Source of the DNA: Minisyncoccota bacterium
GTDB taxonomy: Bacteria > Patescibacteriota > Minisyncoccia > Minisyncoccales > Minisyncoccaceae
DNA length: 40,996 bases
Assembly: GCA_028708155.1 (NCBI GenBank)
Contig: JAQVZN010000001.1
Location: 1 to 40,996 of the forward strand
Reading direction: 5' to 3'
Shown one piece after another: positions 8,440 through 18,641 of this stretch (position 1 is its first letter; the number at the start of each line of letters is the position of its first letter). The notes beneath the pieces were generated by a model, which was given only the letters and a program-made list of their open reading frames with translations, was not told the DNA's origin and made no database searches. The translations under genes were made by a program, and so were the position numbers.

Positions 8440-9604
8440 CATAAACTTTAAGTGGGGGAAATCCATTAAAGTAAACAGAACTATAACTAGCAGTATAAGC
8501 TCCAGTAGTTAAAAAATATAATCTATCTCCTTCTTTTATGTTTTTATTTAACTTATATTTATAATTTTCATATAGAATATCCATACTATCGCAAGTTGGT
8601 CCAGCTAAAATTACTTCTTTAGTATTATCTTTGATGTTTAAATTTTCACTTAAGATAGGATATTTGATTGCTTCGTCAATAGTTTCAATTAATCCTCCAA
8701 ATTTACCAATATCTGTATAAACCCAATCACAACTAATAGTGGTACTTTTTGAAGAAATCATAATGATTTCACTAACGAGTACGCCTGAATCAGCAACAAG
8801 AGATCTTCCTGGTTCAATAATTATTTCAGGTAATTTATCTCCAAAATCTTCTTTTAAAAAACGAGTTACTTCTTTAGCATAAACTGATATATCTTGTGTC
8901 GGTTGAATATAGTCTGAGGGAAAACCTCCTCCAATATTAATTAATTTAAGATCGATGTCGGCATCAGCTAATGAGTCAAATAAATATTTACATTGAGAAA
9001 TTGCATTGTCCCATTGTCCAATATCTCTTTGTTGAGATCCAACATGAAAAGATAATCCATAAGGAATTAGATTTAATTTTTTGGCTCTAAGGGCTAGTCT
9101 AAAAATCATATCTGGATAAGCTCCAAATTTTCTTGATAATGGCCAATCAGCTCCGCTCCCGTCGCAAAGTAATCTAAAAAAGACTTTTGATCCTGGCGCC
9201 TGTCGAGCAATTTTATTTAAATCACTTTCAGAGTCAGTAGCAAAAAGTCTTATTCCTTGGTTGTATGCATACGCGATGTCCGCTTCTTTTTTTATAGTGT
9301 TTCCAAAGCTCATTCTATCCGTAGATATTCCGAGTTTGATTAATTGGTCCATTTCAAATACCGTAGCTACGTCAAAATTAGAACCTTTTTTGTCTAAAGT
9401 TTTTATAACTTCGTTTTCAGGATTTGCCTTAACCGCATAATATATCTTTGCGTAAGGAAGATTCTTTTTTAATTCGTCATAATTTTTCTCTATTTTTTTC
9501 TTATCAATTAATAAAAAGGGAGTTTTTTTACCTAAAGAAAACTCTTTTATTTTATTAAATTCTTTCTGTGAAATAAAATTTGAATTATTATTAAGTGGAA
9601 CCAT
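8432..9604 (-). CDS. PLP-dependent Orn/Lys/DAP decarboxylase (fold-type III, ornithine decarboxylase-like)
   Basis: 390 aa. It has the YAVKANP PLP-lysine motif, GGGFP, and a CDSMD-type C-terminal beta-barrel segment (GPTCDSMD). Confidence 0.85.
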   Translation of the reverse strand: MVPLNNNSNFISQKEFNKIKEFSLGKKTPFLLIDKKKIEKNYDELKKNLPYAKIYYAVKANPENEVIKTLDKKGSNFDVATVFEMDQLIKLGISTDRMSFGNTIKKEADIAYAYNQGIRLFATDSESDLNKIARQAPGSKVFFRLLCDGSGADWPLSRKFGAYPDMIFRLALRAKKLNLIPYGLSFHVGSQQRDIGQWDNAISQCKYLFDSLADADIDLKLINIGGGFPSDYIQPTQDISVYAKEVTRFLKEDFGDKLPEIIIEPGRSLVADSGVLVSEIIMISSKSTTISCDWVYTDIGKFGGLIETIDEAIKYPILSENLNIKDNTKEVILAGPTCDSMDILYENYKYKLNKNIKEGDRLYFLTTGAYTASYSSVYFNGFPPLKVYVI

Positions 9605-9706
9605 GTTATTGATAAATTTATTTTTATACGACTATTGTATATTTTTTTTACAAAAAAGAAAATAGGCATTGAAGCTAATTTTTATATATGTTAATAAATA
9701 AGGTAT

Positions 9707-11506
9707 ATGATAGAACTTTTATCAGGAGCAAAAAATTTAGAAAGTGGTATTGCAGCTATAAATTCCGGGGCAGATGCGGTTTATATTGGAGCTTACAAAT
9801 TTGGAGCGAGAGTTAATGCTGGAAATGATCTTAATGATATTAAAAATCTTGTTTTATATGCTCATAAATTTAATGTTAAAGTTTATGTTGTTTTAAATAC
9901 TATTTTATATGATCAAGAATTAAAAGAAGTTCAAAAAATTATAGACGAACTGGATTCTTTCAATGTTGATGGGCTTATTATTCAAGATTTTGGAATTTTA
10001 GAACTTAATTTACATGGTATTCCTGTTATTGCAAGTACACAAATGCATAATATTGATCTTGAGCAAGTAAAGTTTCTAGAAAAAATAGGTTTTAAAAGAG
10101 TTATTTTAGGAAGAGAACTATCTTTAAAAGAAATTAAAGAAATTAAAAGTAAGACTAATATTGAACTTGAATGTTTTATTCATGGCGCTCTTTGCGTAAG
10201 TTATAGTGGAAGATGTTACATGAGTGAATATTTGGCTAAAAAAAGTGGAAACAGAGGAGAATGTATCCAACCATGTCGTTTGCCATATTCTTTGATTGAT
10301 TCAACTGGGAAAGTTTTAGTTAAGGATAAGTATTTACTATCTTTAAAAGATTTAAGTTCTGAAAATGATATAGAAGATTTAATTGAATCAGGAATTACTT
10401 CTTTTAAGATAGAAGGGAGGCTTAAGGATCTTGATTATGTTTCAAACGTTACTTATTTTTATAGGAAAAAAATAGATGAAATATTAAAGAAGAAGGGGCT
10501 TAAAAAAAGTTCTCGTGGAGATATTTTTTCTGAAATTATTCCAGATTTAGAAAAAACTTTTAACAGATCTTTTACTACTTATTTTAGACATGGAAGGAAG
10601 AAAGATATTTTGGCTTTAAATAGTCCTAAATCTTTAGGAAAATTAATAGGAGAAGTAAAAGAAGTTTCAAAAGACTACTTTGTTCTTAGTAAAAAAAATA
10701 ATTTAATTTCCGGAGATGGAATTTGTTTTTTTGATAAAAACAATGATTTAAAAGGAAGTAATGTTGTTAGAGTAGAAGGAGAAAAAATATTCCTAAACGA
10801 AAAACAAAATTTAAAACTAGGAGATAAAATTTATAGAAATTACGATCTTCAATTTGATAAAGATATAAGAAAGAAAGATTCAATTGTAAGAAAGATGCCT
10901 TTAAAAATTATTTTTAAAGAAACTCAAAAAGGAATTTACGTTTCTTTTAAAGTAGATGCTGATAATTATGTGTTTAAAGAGATTTTATTGAATAAGGAGT
11001 ATTCTAAGAATAAAGAACAATCTTTAGAAAATATCAAAAATCATTTTTGGAGATTAGGTAATTCAGATTTTTATTTGAAAGAAATTAAAATAGATTTTTA
11101 TAAAGATCCTTTATTTATTCCACTATCTACTTTAAATCAAATAAGAAGAGAATTGTTAAAAGAGTTAGAGGAAAAACTTATTAATGGTTATAAGAAAGAA
11201 AAAAAAGAGATTGAAAAAAGTGATGCAAAATATTATTTAGAAAAACTTTCTTATGAGAATAATGTTTCTAATCAAAAAGCGGAGAGTTTTTATAAGAAAC
11301 ATGGAGTTAAAGAAATTGATTCAGCTTTTGAAATTAAAGGGGGAGATAAATTAATGACGACTAAGCATTGTTTGAAATATTATTTAGGGTTTTGTGGTCA
11401 AAATCTAAAAGAGCCACTATATTTAGTTAACGAAAAAGGACAAAAGTTTTTGCTTAAATTTAATTGTGAAAAATGTCAGATGGAAATTTACAAAAATAAT
11501 CCTTGA
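9707..11506 (+). CDS. peptidase U32 family protein (possible RlhA/TrhP-type RNA hydroxylation factor)
   Basis: 599 aa. The U32 signature ECFIHGALCVSYSGRCYMS is present. Its size is closer to the long (YdcP/RlhA-like) members. The functional subclass is inferred only. Confidence 0.8.
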   Translation: MIELLSGAKNLESGIAAINSGADAVYIGAYKFGARVNAGNDLNDIKNLVLYAHKFNVKVYVVLNTILYDQELKEVQKIIDELDSFNVDGLIIQDFGILELNLHGIPVIASTQMHNIDLEQVKFLEKIGFKRVILGRELSLKEIKEIKSKTNIELECFIHGALCVSYSGRCYMSEYLAKKSGNRGECIQPCRLPYSLIDSTGKVLVKDKYLLSLKDLSSENDIEDLIESGITSFKIEGRLKDLDYVSNVTYFYRKKIDEILKKKGLKKSSRGDIFSEIIPDLEKTFNRSFTTYFRHGRKKDILALNSPKSLGKLIGEVKEVSKDYFVLSKKNNLISGDGICFFDKNNDLKGSNVVRVEGEKIFLNEKQNLKLGDKIYRNYDLQFDKDIRKKDSIVRKMPLKIIFKETQKGIYVSFKVDADNYVFKEILLNKEYSKNKEQSLENIKNHFWRLGNSDFYLKEIKIDFYKDPLFIPLSTLNQIRRELLKELEEKLINGYKKEKKEIEKSDAKYYLEKLSYENNVSNQKAESFYKKHGVKEIDSAFEIKGGDKLMTTKHCLKYYLGFCGQNLKEPLYLVNEKGQKFLLKFNCEKCQMEIYKNNP

Positions 11507-11537
11507 ATCTTTTTTTCTATAATGGTAAGATTATAGT

Positions 11538-12413
11538 ATGAACTCAGCAAAATACGCATTTTATTATATGCTTTCACTTGTAACATTATTTATAATGTCT
11601 TTATCTTTTGGAAGCATTCTATTTGAAATAATAGAAAAGTTTTTTCCAGATATAACTAGGGGAATTTATTATTATAATAGCTCACCTTTAAAGATGGCTA
11701 TTTCTGGAATATTAATAGCGACTCCGATATTTTATTTTATAATGCATAAAATATATGCAAGTTTAAAATCTGGAGAACTTAAAGCAGAGGCAGAAATTAG
11801 AAAATGGCTTACTTATTTTATTTTATTTATTTCTAGCGTTGTTGTAATCGGCTCTTTAATAAGTATTTTAAATAATTTTTTAGACGGAGCGCTTACAATT
11901 AATTTTGTATTAAAAGCTTTAACAGTTTTATTTATCGCTTCATTAGTTTTTGGATTCTATTTTTATGATATTAGGAGAAAAGAATTTAAAGACCAAAAAT
12001 TAAATAAAATATTTTACATTACAACGCTTGCTATTGTTCTTATCGGACTTGTTTCAGCCTTTTTAATTGTAGAATCTCCAACAGAGACTAGGAATAGAAA
12101 AATAGATCAAAATATTTTGCAAGATTTTAATAATATAAAATATTCAATTGATAATTATTATAATAAATATCAAAAAATGCCACAGGATTTAATTGATGTT
12201 CAAGAAGATTTTAATATTATTAATCCTCAAACTAATGAAAAATATACTTATAATGTAATTGTTGGTACTAGATATAGACTTTGTACAGAATTTTTGTCTT
12301 CTAATTTAGAAAAAAAATATAATTATTATGATGGCACTTGGAAGCATGACAAGGGTTATCAATGTATTGAAAAAGAAGCTAATTTAGAAGAAGTAAAACA
12401 AGTTATTTATTAA
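11538..12413 (+). CDS. polytopic membrane protein, DUF5671-like
   Basis: 291 aa with about 5 TM helices, then a soluble tail containing Y-rich and conserved-Cys motifs (YRLCTEF, YQC). This resembles CPR DUF5671 proteins as I remember them. Confidence 0.45.
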   Translation: MNSAKYAFYYMLSLVTLFIMSLSFGSILFEIIEKFFPDITRGIYYYNSSPLKMAISGILIATPIFYFIMHKIYASLKSGELKAEAEIRKWLTYFILFISSVVVIGSLISILNNFLDGALTINFVLKALTVLFIASLVFGFYFYDIRRKEFKDQKLNKIFYITTLAIVLIGLVSAFLIVESPTETRNRKIDQNILQDFNNIKYSIDNYYNKYQKMPQDLIDVQEDFNIINPQTNEKYTYNVIVGTRYRLCTEFLSSNLEKKYNYYDGTWKHDKGYQCIEKEANLEEVKQVIY

Positions 12414-12426
12414 ATAATATAAAAAT

Positions 12427-13290
12427 ATGGACAAAAAAATAGTTATAGTTCTAGCGGTAATTCTAATTTCTTTAATCGGGATAATTTTTATTATCTCTTC
12501 TATGTTTTCTAAAAAAGAAGAAATAGTTAACGAAGAGGTTCCAGTTATTGAGCAAGAGGTGTCTTCTTTAGATCAAGTTATTAATGATGTTAATAATCTT
12601 AAGGTAATTATAGAAGGAGAAAAAATAAATTTAGGAGGATATATTTCTGCATATACCAATGAATCCTTTTTAAATATTATTGAAGATCTTAAAGTGTTAG
12701 GAGTTTCAGGTATGAGAAGTAATATTGATAAAGAAAACTCAGCCTTTTGTTTTTATTTATCTAAAGATGGTCTTGATATTTGTATAGATAATAATAACGA
12801 AGGAATAGTTAATTCAGCTTTTTGCACAGAGACTAATATTTCTTGCTTTAATGGAGAGCAAATTATTCCAGAAGAAAATATCCCAGAAGAAACAGTTCCA
12901 GAAGAAAATATCCCAGAAGAAACAGTTGTTGAGGATAGGTTAATTTTAAAACAAGAAGTATCTGTTTCTGAAACAAACTTAAAAATATATTCAAGCAGTC
13001 TTACTGGTGAAGAGAAAGTATTTATTAATGATAAAGAATATGGCCCATACGAAGAATCATATATTGTTTATAGTGAATTAGAATGGGGGCTTTTATTGAA
13101 ATATAATGGTAAGTGGTATGTTAATATAAACGGAAAAGCTTTTGGTCCATATATTGAAAGACCAGTAGTAGAAGCTTATGGCGAAAAAATGGGTTATTCA
13201 TACGTGAAAGATGAAGAATATTATGTTTTTCTAAGTGGGGAGACTTACGGACCATATCAAGATTTAACAGAATTTAGTTTAGGAGAATAA
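12427..13290 (+). CDS. membrane-anchored hypothetical protein with PEE repeat linker and three YGPY/FGPY repeats
   Basis: 287 aa with an N-terminal TM helix and an internal IPEENIPEETVPEENIPEETV linker. The C-terminal repeats are KEYGPY, KAFGPY and ETYGPY. Confidence 0.5.
   Translation: MDKKIVIVLAVILISLIGIIFIISSMFSKKEEIVNEEVPVIEQEVSSLDQVINDVNNLKVIIEGEKINLGGYISAYTNESFLNIIEDLKVLGVSGMRSNIDKENSAFCFYLSKDGLDICIDNNNEGIVNSAFCTETNISCFNGEQIIPEENIPEETVPEENIPEETVVEDRLILKQEVSVSETNLKIYSSSLTGEEKVFINDKEYGPYEESYIVYSELEWGLLLKYNGKWYVNINGKAFGPYIERPVVEAYGEKMGYSYVKDEEYYVFLSGETYGPYQDLTEFSLGE
12868..12927 (+). repeat. perfect 2 x 30-bp in-frame tandem repeat (each unit made of two diverged 15-bp subunits)
   Basis: CCAGAAGAAAATATCCCAGAAGAAACAGTT occurs at 12868-12897 and again at 12898-12927. 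Confidence 0.95.
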
Positions 13291-13309
13291 TTAATTAAAT
13301 ATAAAAAAT

Positions 13310-14062
13310 ATGGATAAAGAAAATATATTAAATAATAAAGTTTTTAAAAATTTAATTAATATTTTGGTTGGAGTTTTAATTATTTTTATTGTTTTTTTAA
13401 TAATTAACCCTCAAGATCAAAATGAAATTGGTGATACTATTTCAGTTACTGGTTATGCAGAAGTTAGTGCTAAACCAGATGTAGCTCAAATTACAATTTC
13501 TGTTTTGTCTGAGAATAAGGATTTAGGAATTGCAACAGAAGATAACAATGTGAAAATAAATAATATTATTGCTTTCTTGAAAGAGAATAATATTGAAGAT
13601 AAAGATATTAAGACTAGTATGTATAATATTAGTCCAAGATATGAATATTACAATGATTACAGAAATAGATATTTAGCTGGATATGACGTTAGCCAAAGTT
13701 TAGTAGTTAAGATTAGAGATTTAAATATTGTAGGAGATGTTATTACAGGATCTACTTCAAATGGAGCTAACGAAATTAGTAGTTTGAGTTTTATCATTGA
13801 CAATGATGATGCCCTTAAAGCTCAAGTTAAAAAAGAAGCTATTGCTGATGCTAAAAATAAGGCAGAAGATTTAGCGAAAGATTTAGGAATTTCTTTGTCA
13901 GAAATAATTGGTTTTTATGAAAATAGCTATACTCCAGTAGTTACTAGTTATAATAAGGTTATGATGGGTGCAGGGTCTTTAGAAGACTCTACTGCTCCTT
14001 CTATACAAACAGGAGAAAACACAATTACTTCTAATATAACTATTGTTTATAAAATAAAGTAA
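13310..14062 (+). CDS. membrane-anchored SIMPL/DUF541 domain protein
   Basis: 250 aa with an N-terminal TM helix. ISVTGYAEVSAKPDVAQITISV, GYDVSQSLVVKIRDL and a KKEAIADAKNKAEDLAKDLG helix are typical of the SIMPL family. Confidence 0.7.
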   Translation: MDKENILNNKVFKNLINILVGVLIIFIVFLIINPQDQNEIGDTISVTGYAEVSAKPDVAQITISVLSENKDLGIATEDNNVKINNIIAFLKENNIEDKDIKTSMYNISPRYEYYNDYRNRYLAGYDVSQSLVVKIRDLNIVGDVITGSTSNGANEISSLSFIIDNDDALKAQVKKEAIADAKNKAEDLAKDLGISLSEIIGFYENSYTPVVTSYNKVMMGAGSLEDSTAPSIQTGENTITSNITIVYKIK

Positions 14063-14107
14063 ATTTATATTGATTTATATAATTATTTCTGGTAAATTTT
14101 GTTTACC

Positions 14108-16117
14108 ATGGATTTTAATTTAAAAAGTAAAATGAGGCCAAAAGGAGATCAGCCCAAAGCAATAGAGGGGCTTCTTTTTGGCTTAAATAAAGGAATTAAA
14201 AAACAAACACTTTTAGGGGTAACAGGTTCTGGAAAAACTTTTACTATTGCGAACGTTATTAATGAATCTAAAAAGCCAACTTTAGTTATTTCTCATAATA
14301 AAACTTTAGCGGCTCAACTTTGTAATGAGTTCAGAGAATTTTTTCCAGATAATGCGGTTGAATATTTTGTAAGTTATTATGATTATTTTCAGCCAGAAAG
14401 TTATCTTCCTCATACAGATACTTATATTGAAAAAGAAGCACAGATAAACGATGAAATAGATCGATTACGTCACGCTTCTACGCAAGCATTACTAACAAGA
14501 AAAGATGTTGTTATTGTTTCTTCTGTTTCTGCTATATATGGTTTAGGTTCTCCAAAAGAATACGAAAAGATTATTTTTACTTTTAAAAAAGGAGATAAGA
14601 TAAAACATAAAGAACTCGCGAAAAAGTTGATAGAAATTCATTTTGAAAGAGTGGCTACAGAATTAAAAAGAGGAACTTTTAGATTAAGAGGGCAGGTCTT
14701 AGAAGTAATGCCTGTTAATGAGAAAGTTATTTATAGGTTTATTATTTCTGACGAAATTGAAAAAATAGAAGTTATAGATTATCTTACTAGAGATTTGTTA
14801 GAAGAAATAGAGATGGTTAATATTTTTCCAGCAACTCATTATATCATCAACGAAGAGGAAAAGGTTTCGGCAGTAGAGAGTATTAGAAAAGAACTTGAAG
14901 AGAGGTTAAAATATTTCAAAAAAGAAAAGAAGCTTGTAGAATACGAAAGACTTAAAAAAAGAGTAAATTATGATTTAGAAATGATTGAGAACATTGGTTA
15001 TTGCCAGGGTATTGAAAATTACTCAGCTCATTTTGACAAAAGAAGTAGCGGAGAACCACCTTTTACTCTTTTAGATTATTTTAAGAACACACAAGAAGAT
15101 TTTTTAATAGTTATTGATGAATCTCACGTTACTTTGCCCCAGATAAGAGCAATGTATAATGGAGACAAAGCTAGAAAAAAAGCTTTAATTGATAATGGTT
15201 TTAGATTACCATCTGCTTATGATAATCGTCCGTTAAAATATTCAGAATTTGATGATTTGATTAAAAATGTTATCTATGTTTCTGCAACGCCCGCACAAGA
15301 AGAAATGCTTTCAAGCGAAAATATTGTAGAGCAGATAGTAAGACCAACGGGATTAATTGATCCTAAGATAGAAATAAGACCAATCGTTTCTTCTAGTTCT
15401 AATTTATCTCAAATAGATGATCTTATTAAAGAAATAGAAAAGCAAGTTGAAAAAGGAGAAAAAACACTAGTAACAACTTTAAGTAAAAGAATGGCCGAAG
15501 ATTTAACTTCTTTTTTAGAAGATAAAAAATTTAAGGTTAAATACTTACATTCAGATATTAAAACTTTAGATAGAGTGGGTATTATTACTGATTTAAGAAA
15601 AGGTCTTATAGATATAATTGTTGGAGTTAATTTAATAAGAGAGGGATTAGATATTCCAGAAGTTTCTTTAGTAGCAATACTAGATGCAGACAAAGAGGGT
15701 TTTTTAAGAAATGAAACTAGTTTGATACAAACTATTGGTAGGGCTGCTAGAAACGAAAACGGAAAAGTAATCTTATACGCTGACAATATTACAGAATCTA
15801 TTTCTAAAGCTATTAGTGAAACAGAAAGAAGAAGAGAAGTTCAGTTAAAATACAATAAAGACAATAATATTACTCCTAAAACGATTAAAAAAGCAATTAC
15901 TAATATATTAGACCAGTTTAATTTAGACAAAAGTAGAGAGAAGAAGCAACTTGTTAAATTAGATCTTTTAGGAGATTCTAGAAAATTAAAAGAAATTTTA
16001 AAAGAAAAGAAAAAACAAATGGCAGAGGCAGCAGAGAAACTAGAATTTGAATTAGCTGCTCTTTTAAGAGATGAGGTTAAGGAGCTTGAAAAAGAAATTA
16101 AAAAAAATGCAAAATAA
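14108..16117 (+). CDS. uvrB: excinuclease ABC subunit B
   Basis: 669 aa from ATG 14108 (the track starts at TTG 14099). It has Walker A GVTGSGKT, the [10 protein letters not shown] beta-hairpin region, DESH (IDESHVT) and a C-terminal UVR motif ([20 protein letters not shown]). Confidence 0.95.
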   Translation: MDFNLKSKMRPKGDQPKAIEGLLFGLNKGIKKQTLLGVTGSGKTFTIANVINESKKPTLVISHNKTLAAQLCNEFREFFPDNAVEYFVSYYDYFQPESYLPHTDTYIEKEAQINDEIDRLRHASTQALLTRKDVVIVSSVSAIYGLGSPKEYEKIIFTFKKGDKIKHKELAKKLIEIHFERVATELKRGTFRLRGQVLEVMPVNEKVIYRFIISDEIEKIEVIDYLTRDLLEEIEMVNIFPATHYIINEEEKVSAVESIRKELEERLKYFKKEKKLVEYERLKKRVNYDLEMIENIGYCQGIENYSAHFDKRSSGEPPFTLLDYFKNTQEDFLIVIDESHVTLPQIRAMYNGDKARKKALIDNGFRLPSAYDNRPLKYSEFDDLIKNVIYVSATPAQEEMLSSENIVEQIVRPTGLIDPKIEIRPIVSSSSNLSQIDDLIKEIEKQVEKGEKTLVTTLSKRMAEDLTSFLEDKKFKVKYLHSDIKTLDRVGIITDLRKGLIDIIVGVNLIREGLDIPEVSLVAILDADKEGFLRNETSLIQTIGRAARNENGKVILYADNITESISKAISETERRREVQLKYNKDNNITPKTIKKAITNILDQFNLDKSREKKQLVKLDLLGDSRKLKEILKEKKKQMAEAAEKLEFELAALLRDEVKELEKEIKKNAK

Positions 16118-18641
16118 AATTATAATAAGAGGAGCTAGAGAACATAATCTTAAAAATGTTTCTTTAGAAATTCCAAGAGAAAAAATGATTGTTTTTACAG
16201 GATTATCTGGATCAGGAAAATCTAGTTTAGCTTTTGATACAATTTTTGCTGAAGGTCAAAGAAGATATTTAGAATCTTTATCTGCATATGCAAGACAGTT
16301 TTTAGGAGGAATGCAAAAGCCAGATGTTGATGAAATTGAAGGATTGTCTCCTGCTATTGCTATTAGTCAGAAAGCTCATAATAGTAACCCAAGATCAACC
16401 GTAGCAACAATTACAGAAATATATGATTATTTGAGAGTTCTTTTCGCAAGAATAGGAAAACCTTATTGTCCAGAATGTAATATTTTAATTGAAAAGATGT
16501 CTATGGATGAGATTGTAGATAGAATAAAAGAAAAGATAGGAGAAAGCGAGGAAGAAGTAACAATTTTATCTCCTGTCATTAGAGGTAGAAGGGGTGAGTA
16601 TTATCAATTAATGCAAGATTTATATGAATCTGGATTTTTAGAAGTAAGAATTGATAGTAAAATTAAAAAATTAACCGAAAGAGTTATCATTGAAAAAGGG
16701 AAGAAACATAATATAGAAGTTGTTATTGATAAATTTAATAAAACTAAAAAAGATAAAGATTTTGAGTTTAGATTGAGCGAAGCTGTAGAGACTGCCATTG
16801 ATTTATCTGATGGACTTTGTGTTTTAAAAATAGGAGAAAAAGAGGATGTTTTTAATACAAGTTATTCGTGTCCAAAATGTGGTTTTAGTTTTCCAGAAAT
16901 TGAGCCAAGATTATTTAGTTTTAATAATCCTTTTGGTTATTGTGAATATTGTAAGGGTATCGGAACAGAAAGTTTTCTTTCGGATAAACCTTGTCCAGTT
17001 TGTGAAGGTAAAAGATTAAATAAAAACGCTCTTAGCGTTAAGATAAACAATAAAAATATTTGGGAGATTACAAGTTTTAATATTCAAGATGCTTTTGATT
17101 TTATCAATAAATTAAAACTTAGTGACAAAGAGAAAGAAATTGCGGAAAATATTTTAAATGAAATCAAAAATCGTTTAAAATTCTTGCTAGACGTAGGGTT
17201 GAATTATATAGATTTAAATAGAAGTTCGGGAACGTTATCTGGAGGAGAAGCGCAAAGAATCAGATTAGCTTCACAAGTTAGTACAAAAATTGTGGGAGCT
17301 CTTTATGTTTTAGATGAACCAACAATTGGACTTCATCAAAGAGATAACGATAAACTTGTAAAAACATTAAGGAATTTATGTGATGTTGGTAATACGATTA
17401 TTGTTGTAGAGCATGACGAGGATACTATATTAACTTCAGATTGGATTGTTGATTTTGGACCTTTTGCTGGAGAACATGGCGGTAATGTTGTTTTTTCTGG
17501 ACCGCTTGAAGCAATGCTTTTTAATACAAATCCTAAGTCAGAAATTAAAATAGTAGGAGACTCTAAAAAAAGTTTAACTGGTAAGTATTTAAGAAAAGAA
17601 GTTTCTATAGAGGTTCCTAAAAATAGAAGAATGGTTGATAAATTTTCTCCAATGCTTGAAGTAAGGGATGCTTATGCTAATAATTTAAAGCATATTAATG
17701 TTAAAATACCTTTACAAAGATTTGTTTGTTTTACCGGTGTTTCTGGTTCTGGAAAATCTACTTTAATGAATGATGTTATTTATAATTATACAGTTAATAA
17801 AAAACTTAGAATAGAAGGATTTGAAAAAGGAGTTAAAGAAATAAAGAATCTTGATTATATTGATAAAGTTATTAAAATTGATCAATCTCCAATAGGAAGA
17901 ACTCCAAGATCAAATCCAGCTACTTACACAAAAGTTTTTGATTATATCAGAGAACTTTTTGCGGCCACAGAAGAAGCTAGAATCAAAGGATTTAAACCAG
18001 GAAGGTTTAGTTTTAATATGCCATCTGGTAGATGTGAGCATTGTGAAGGAAGAGGAATTATTGAAATTGAAATGCATTTTCTTCCAAACGTAGAAGTAGT
18101 TTGTGATGTTTGTAAGGGTAGAAGATTTAATAGAGATACTTTAGAAGTTCATTATAAAGGTAAGAATATCGCTGAAGTTTTAAACATGACAATAGAAGAA
18201 GCTTCTTTGTTTTTTAAAGATATTCCTCAGATTTATGAAAAACTTAAAGTATTAAATGAAGTTGGTTTAGGTTATTTAAGATTAGGACAGTCAGCAACAA
18301 CTTTATCCGGGGGAGAAGCTCAAAGAGTTAAATTAAGTAAGGAATTAGCTAAAAGAAACACAACAAAAACATTATATTTATTAGATGAACCGACAACAGG
18401 TCTTCATTATGAGGATGTTAAAAAATTATTAATTGTTGTTCAAAAGTTAGTTGATCAAGGTAATACGGTTCTTGTGATTGAACATAATTTAGATTTTATT
18501 AAAACCGCTGATTGGGTAATAGACCTTGGAAAAGAAGGAGGTGATTTCGGAGGAGAAATTATTGCCGAAGGAACTCCAGAAGATCTTTCTTTTAAAAGCA
18601 CAACTTCTTATACAGGGAAGTATTTAAAAAAAGTTTTATGA
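16107..18641 (+). CDS. uvrA: excinuclease ABC subunit A (insertion domain absent)
   Basis: 844 aa from ATG 16107, overlapping the uvrB stop by 11 nt. The N-terminus [13 protein letters not shown] is followed by [14 protein letters not shown]. There are two LSGGEAQR signature motifs and a second Walker [11 protein letters not shown]. The track ORF start at 16071 is an upstream in-frame extension. Confidence 0.95.
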   Translation: MQNKIIIRGAREHNLKNVSLEIPREKMIVFTGLSGSGKSSLAFDTIFAEGQRRYLESLSAYARQFLGGMQKPDVDEIEGLSPAIAISQKAHNSNPRSTVATITEIYDYLRVLFARIGKPYCPECNILIEKMSMDEIVDRIKEKIGESEEEVTILSPVIRGRRGEYYQLMQDLYESGFLEVRIDSKIKKLTERVIIEKGKKHNIEVVIDKFNKTKKDKDFEFRLSEAVETAIDLSDGLCVLKIGEKEDVFNTSYSCPKCGFSFPEIEPRLFSFNNPFGYCEYCKGIGTESFLSDKPCPVCEGKRLNKNALSVKINNKNIWEITSFNIQDAFDFINKLKLSDKEKEIAENILNEIKNRLKFLLDVGLNYIDLNRSSGTLSGGEAQRIRLASQVSTKIVGALYVLDEPTIGLHQRDNDKLVKTLRNLCDVGNTIIVVEHDEDTILTSDWIVDFGPFAGEHGGNVVFSGPLEAMLFNTNPKSEIKIVGDSKKSLTGKYLRKEVSIEVPKNRRMVDKFSPMLEVRDAYANNLKHINVKIPLQRFVCFTGVSGSGKSTLMNDVIYNYTVNKKLRIEGFEKGVKEIKNLDYIDKVIKIDQSPIGRTPRSNPATYTKVFDYIRELFAATEEARIKGFKPGRFSFNMPSGRCEHCEGRGIIEIEMHFLPNVEVVCDVCKGRRFNRDTLEVHYKGKNIAEVLNMTIEEASLFFKDIPQIYEKLKVLNEVGLGYLRLGQSATTLSGGEAQRVKLSKELAKRNTTKTLYLLDEPTTGLHYEDVKKLLIVVQKLVDQGNTVLVIEHNLDFIKTADWVIDLGKEGGDFGGEIIAEGTPEDLSFKSTTSYTGKYLKKVL

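Noticed and set aside
16071-16106. N-terminal extensions in the ORF track (16071 for uvrA, 7720, 14099, 20081, 24724, 25626, 29775)
   Set aside because: The downstream ATG codons give N-termini that match family consensus, for example [17 protein letters not shown] for UvrA. They also avoid long overlaps with upstream genes or predicted promoters.
15409-16798. Minus-strand ORFs 15409-15786 (in uvrB) and 16604-16798 (in uvrA)
   Set aside because: These are shadow frames of highly conserved repair genes.
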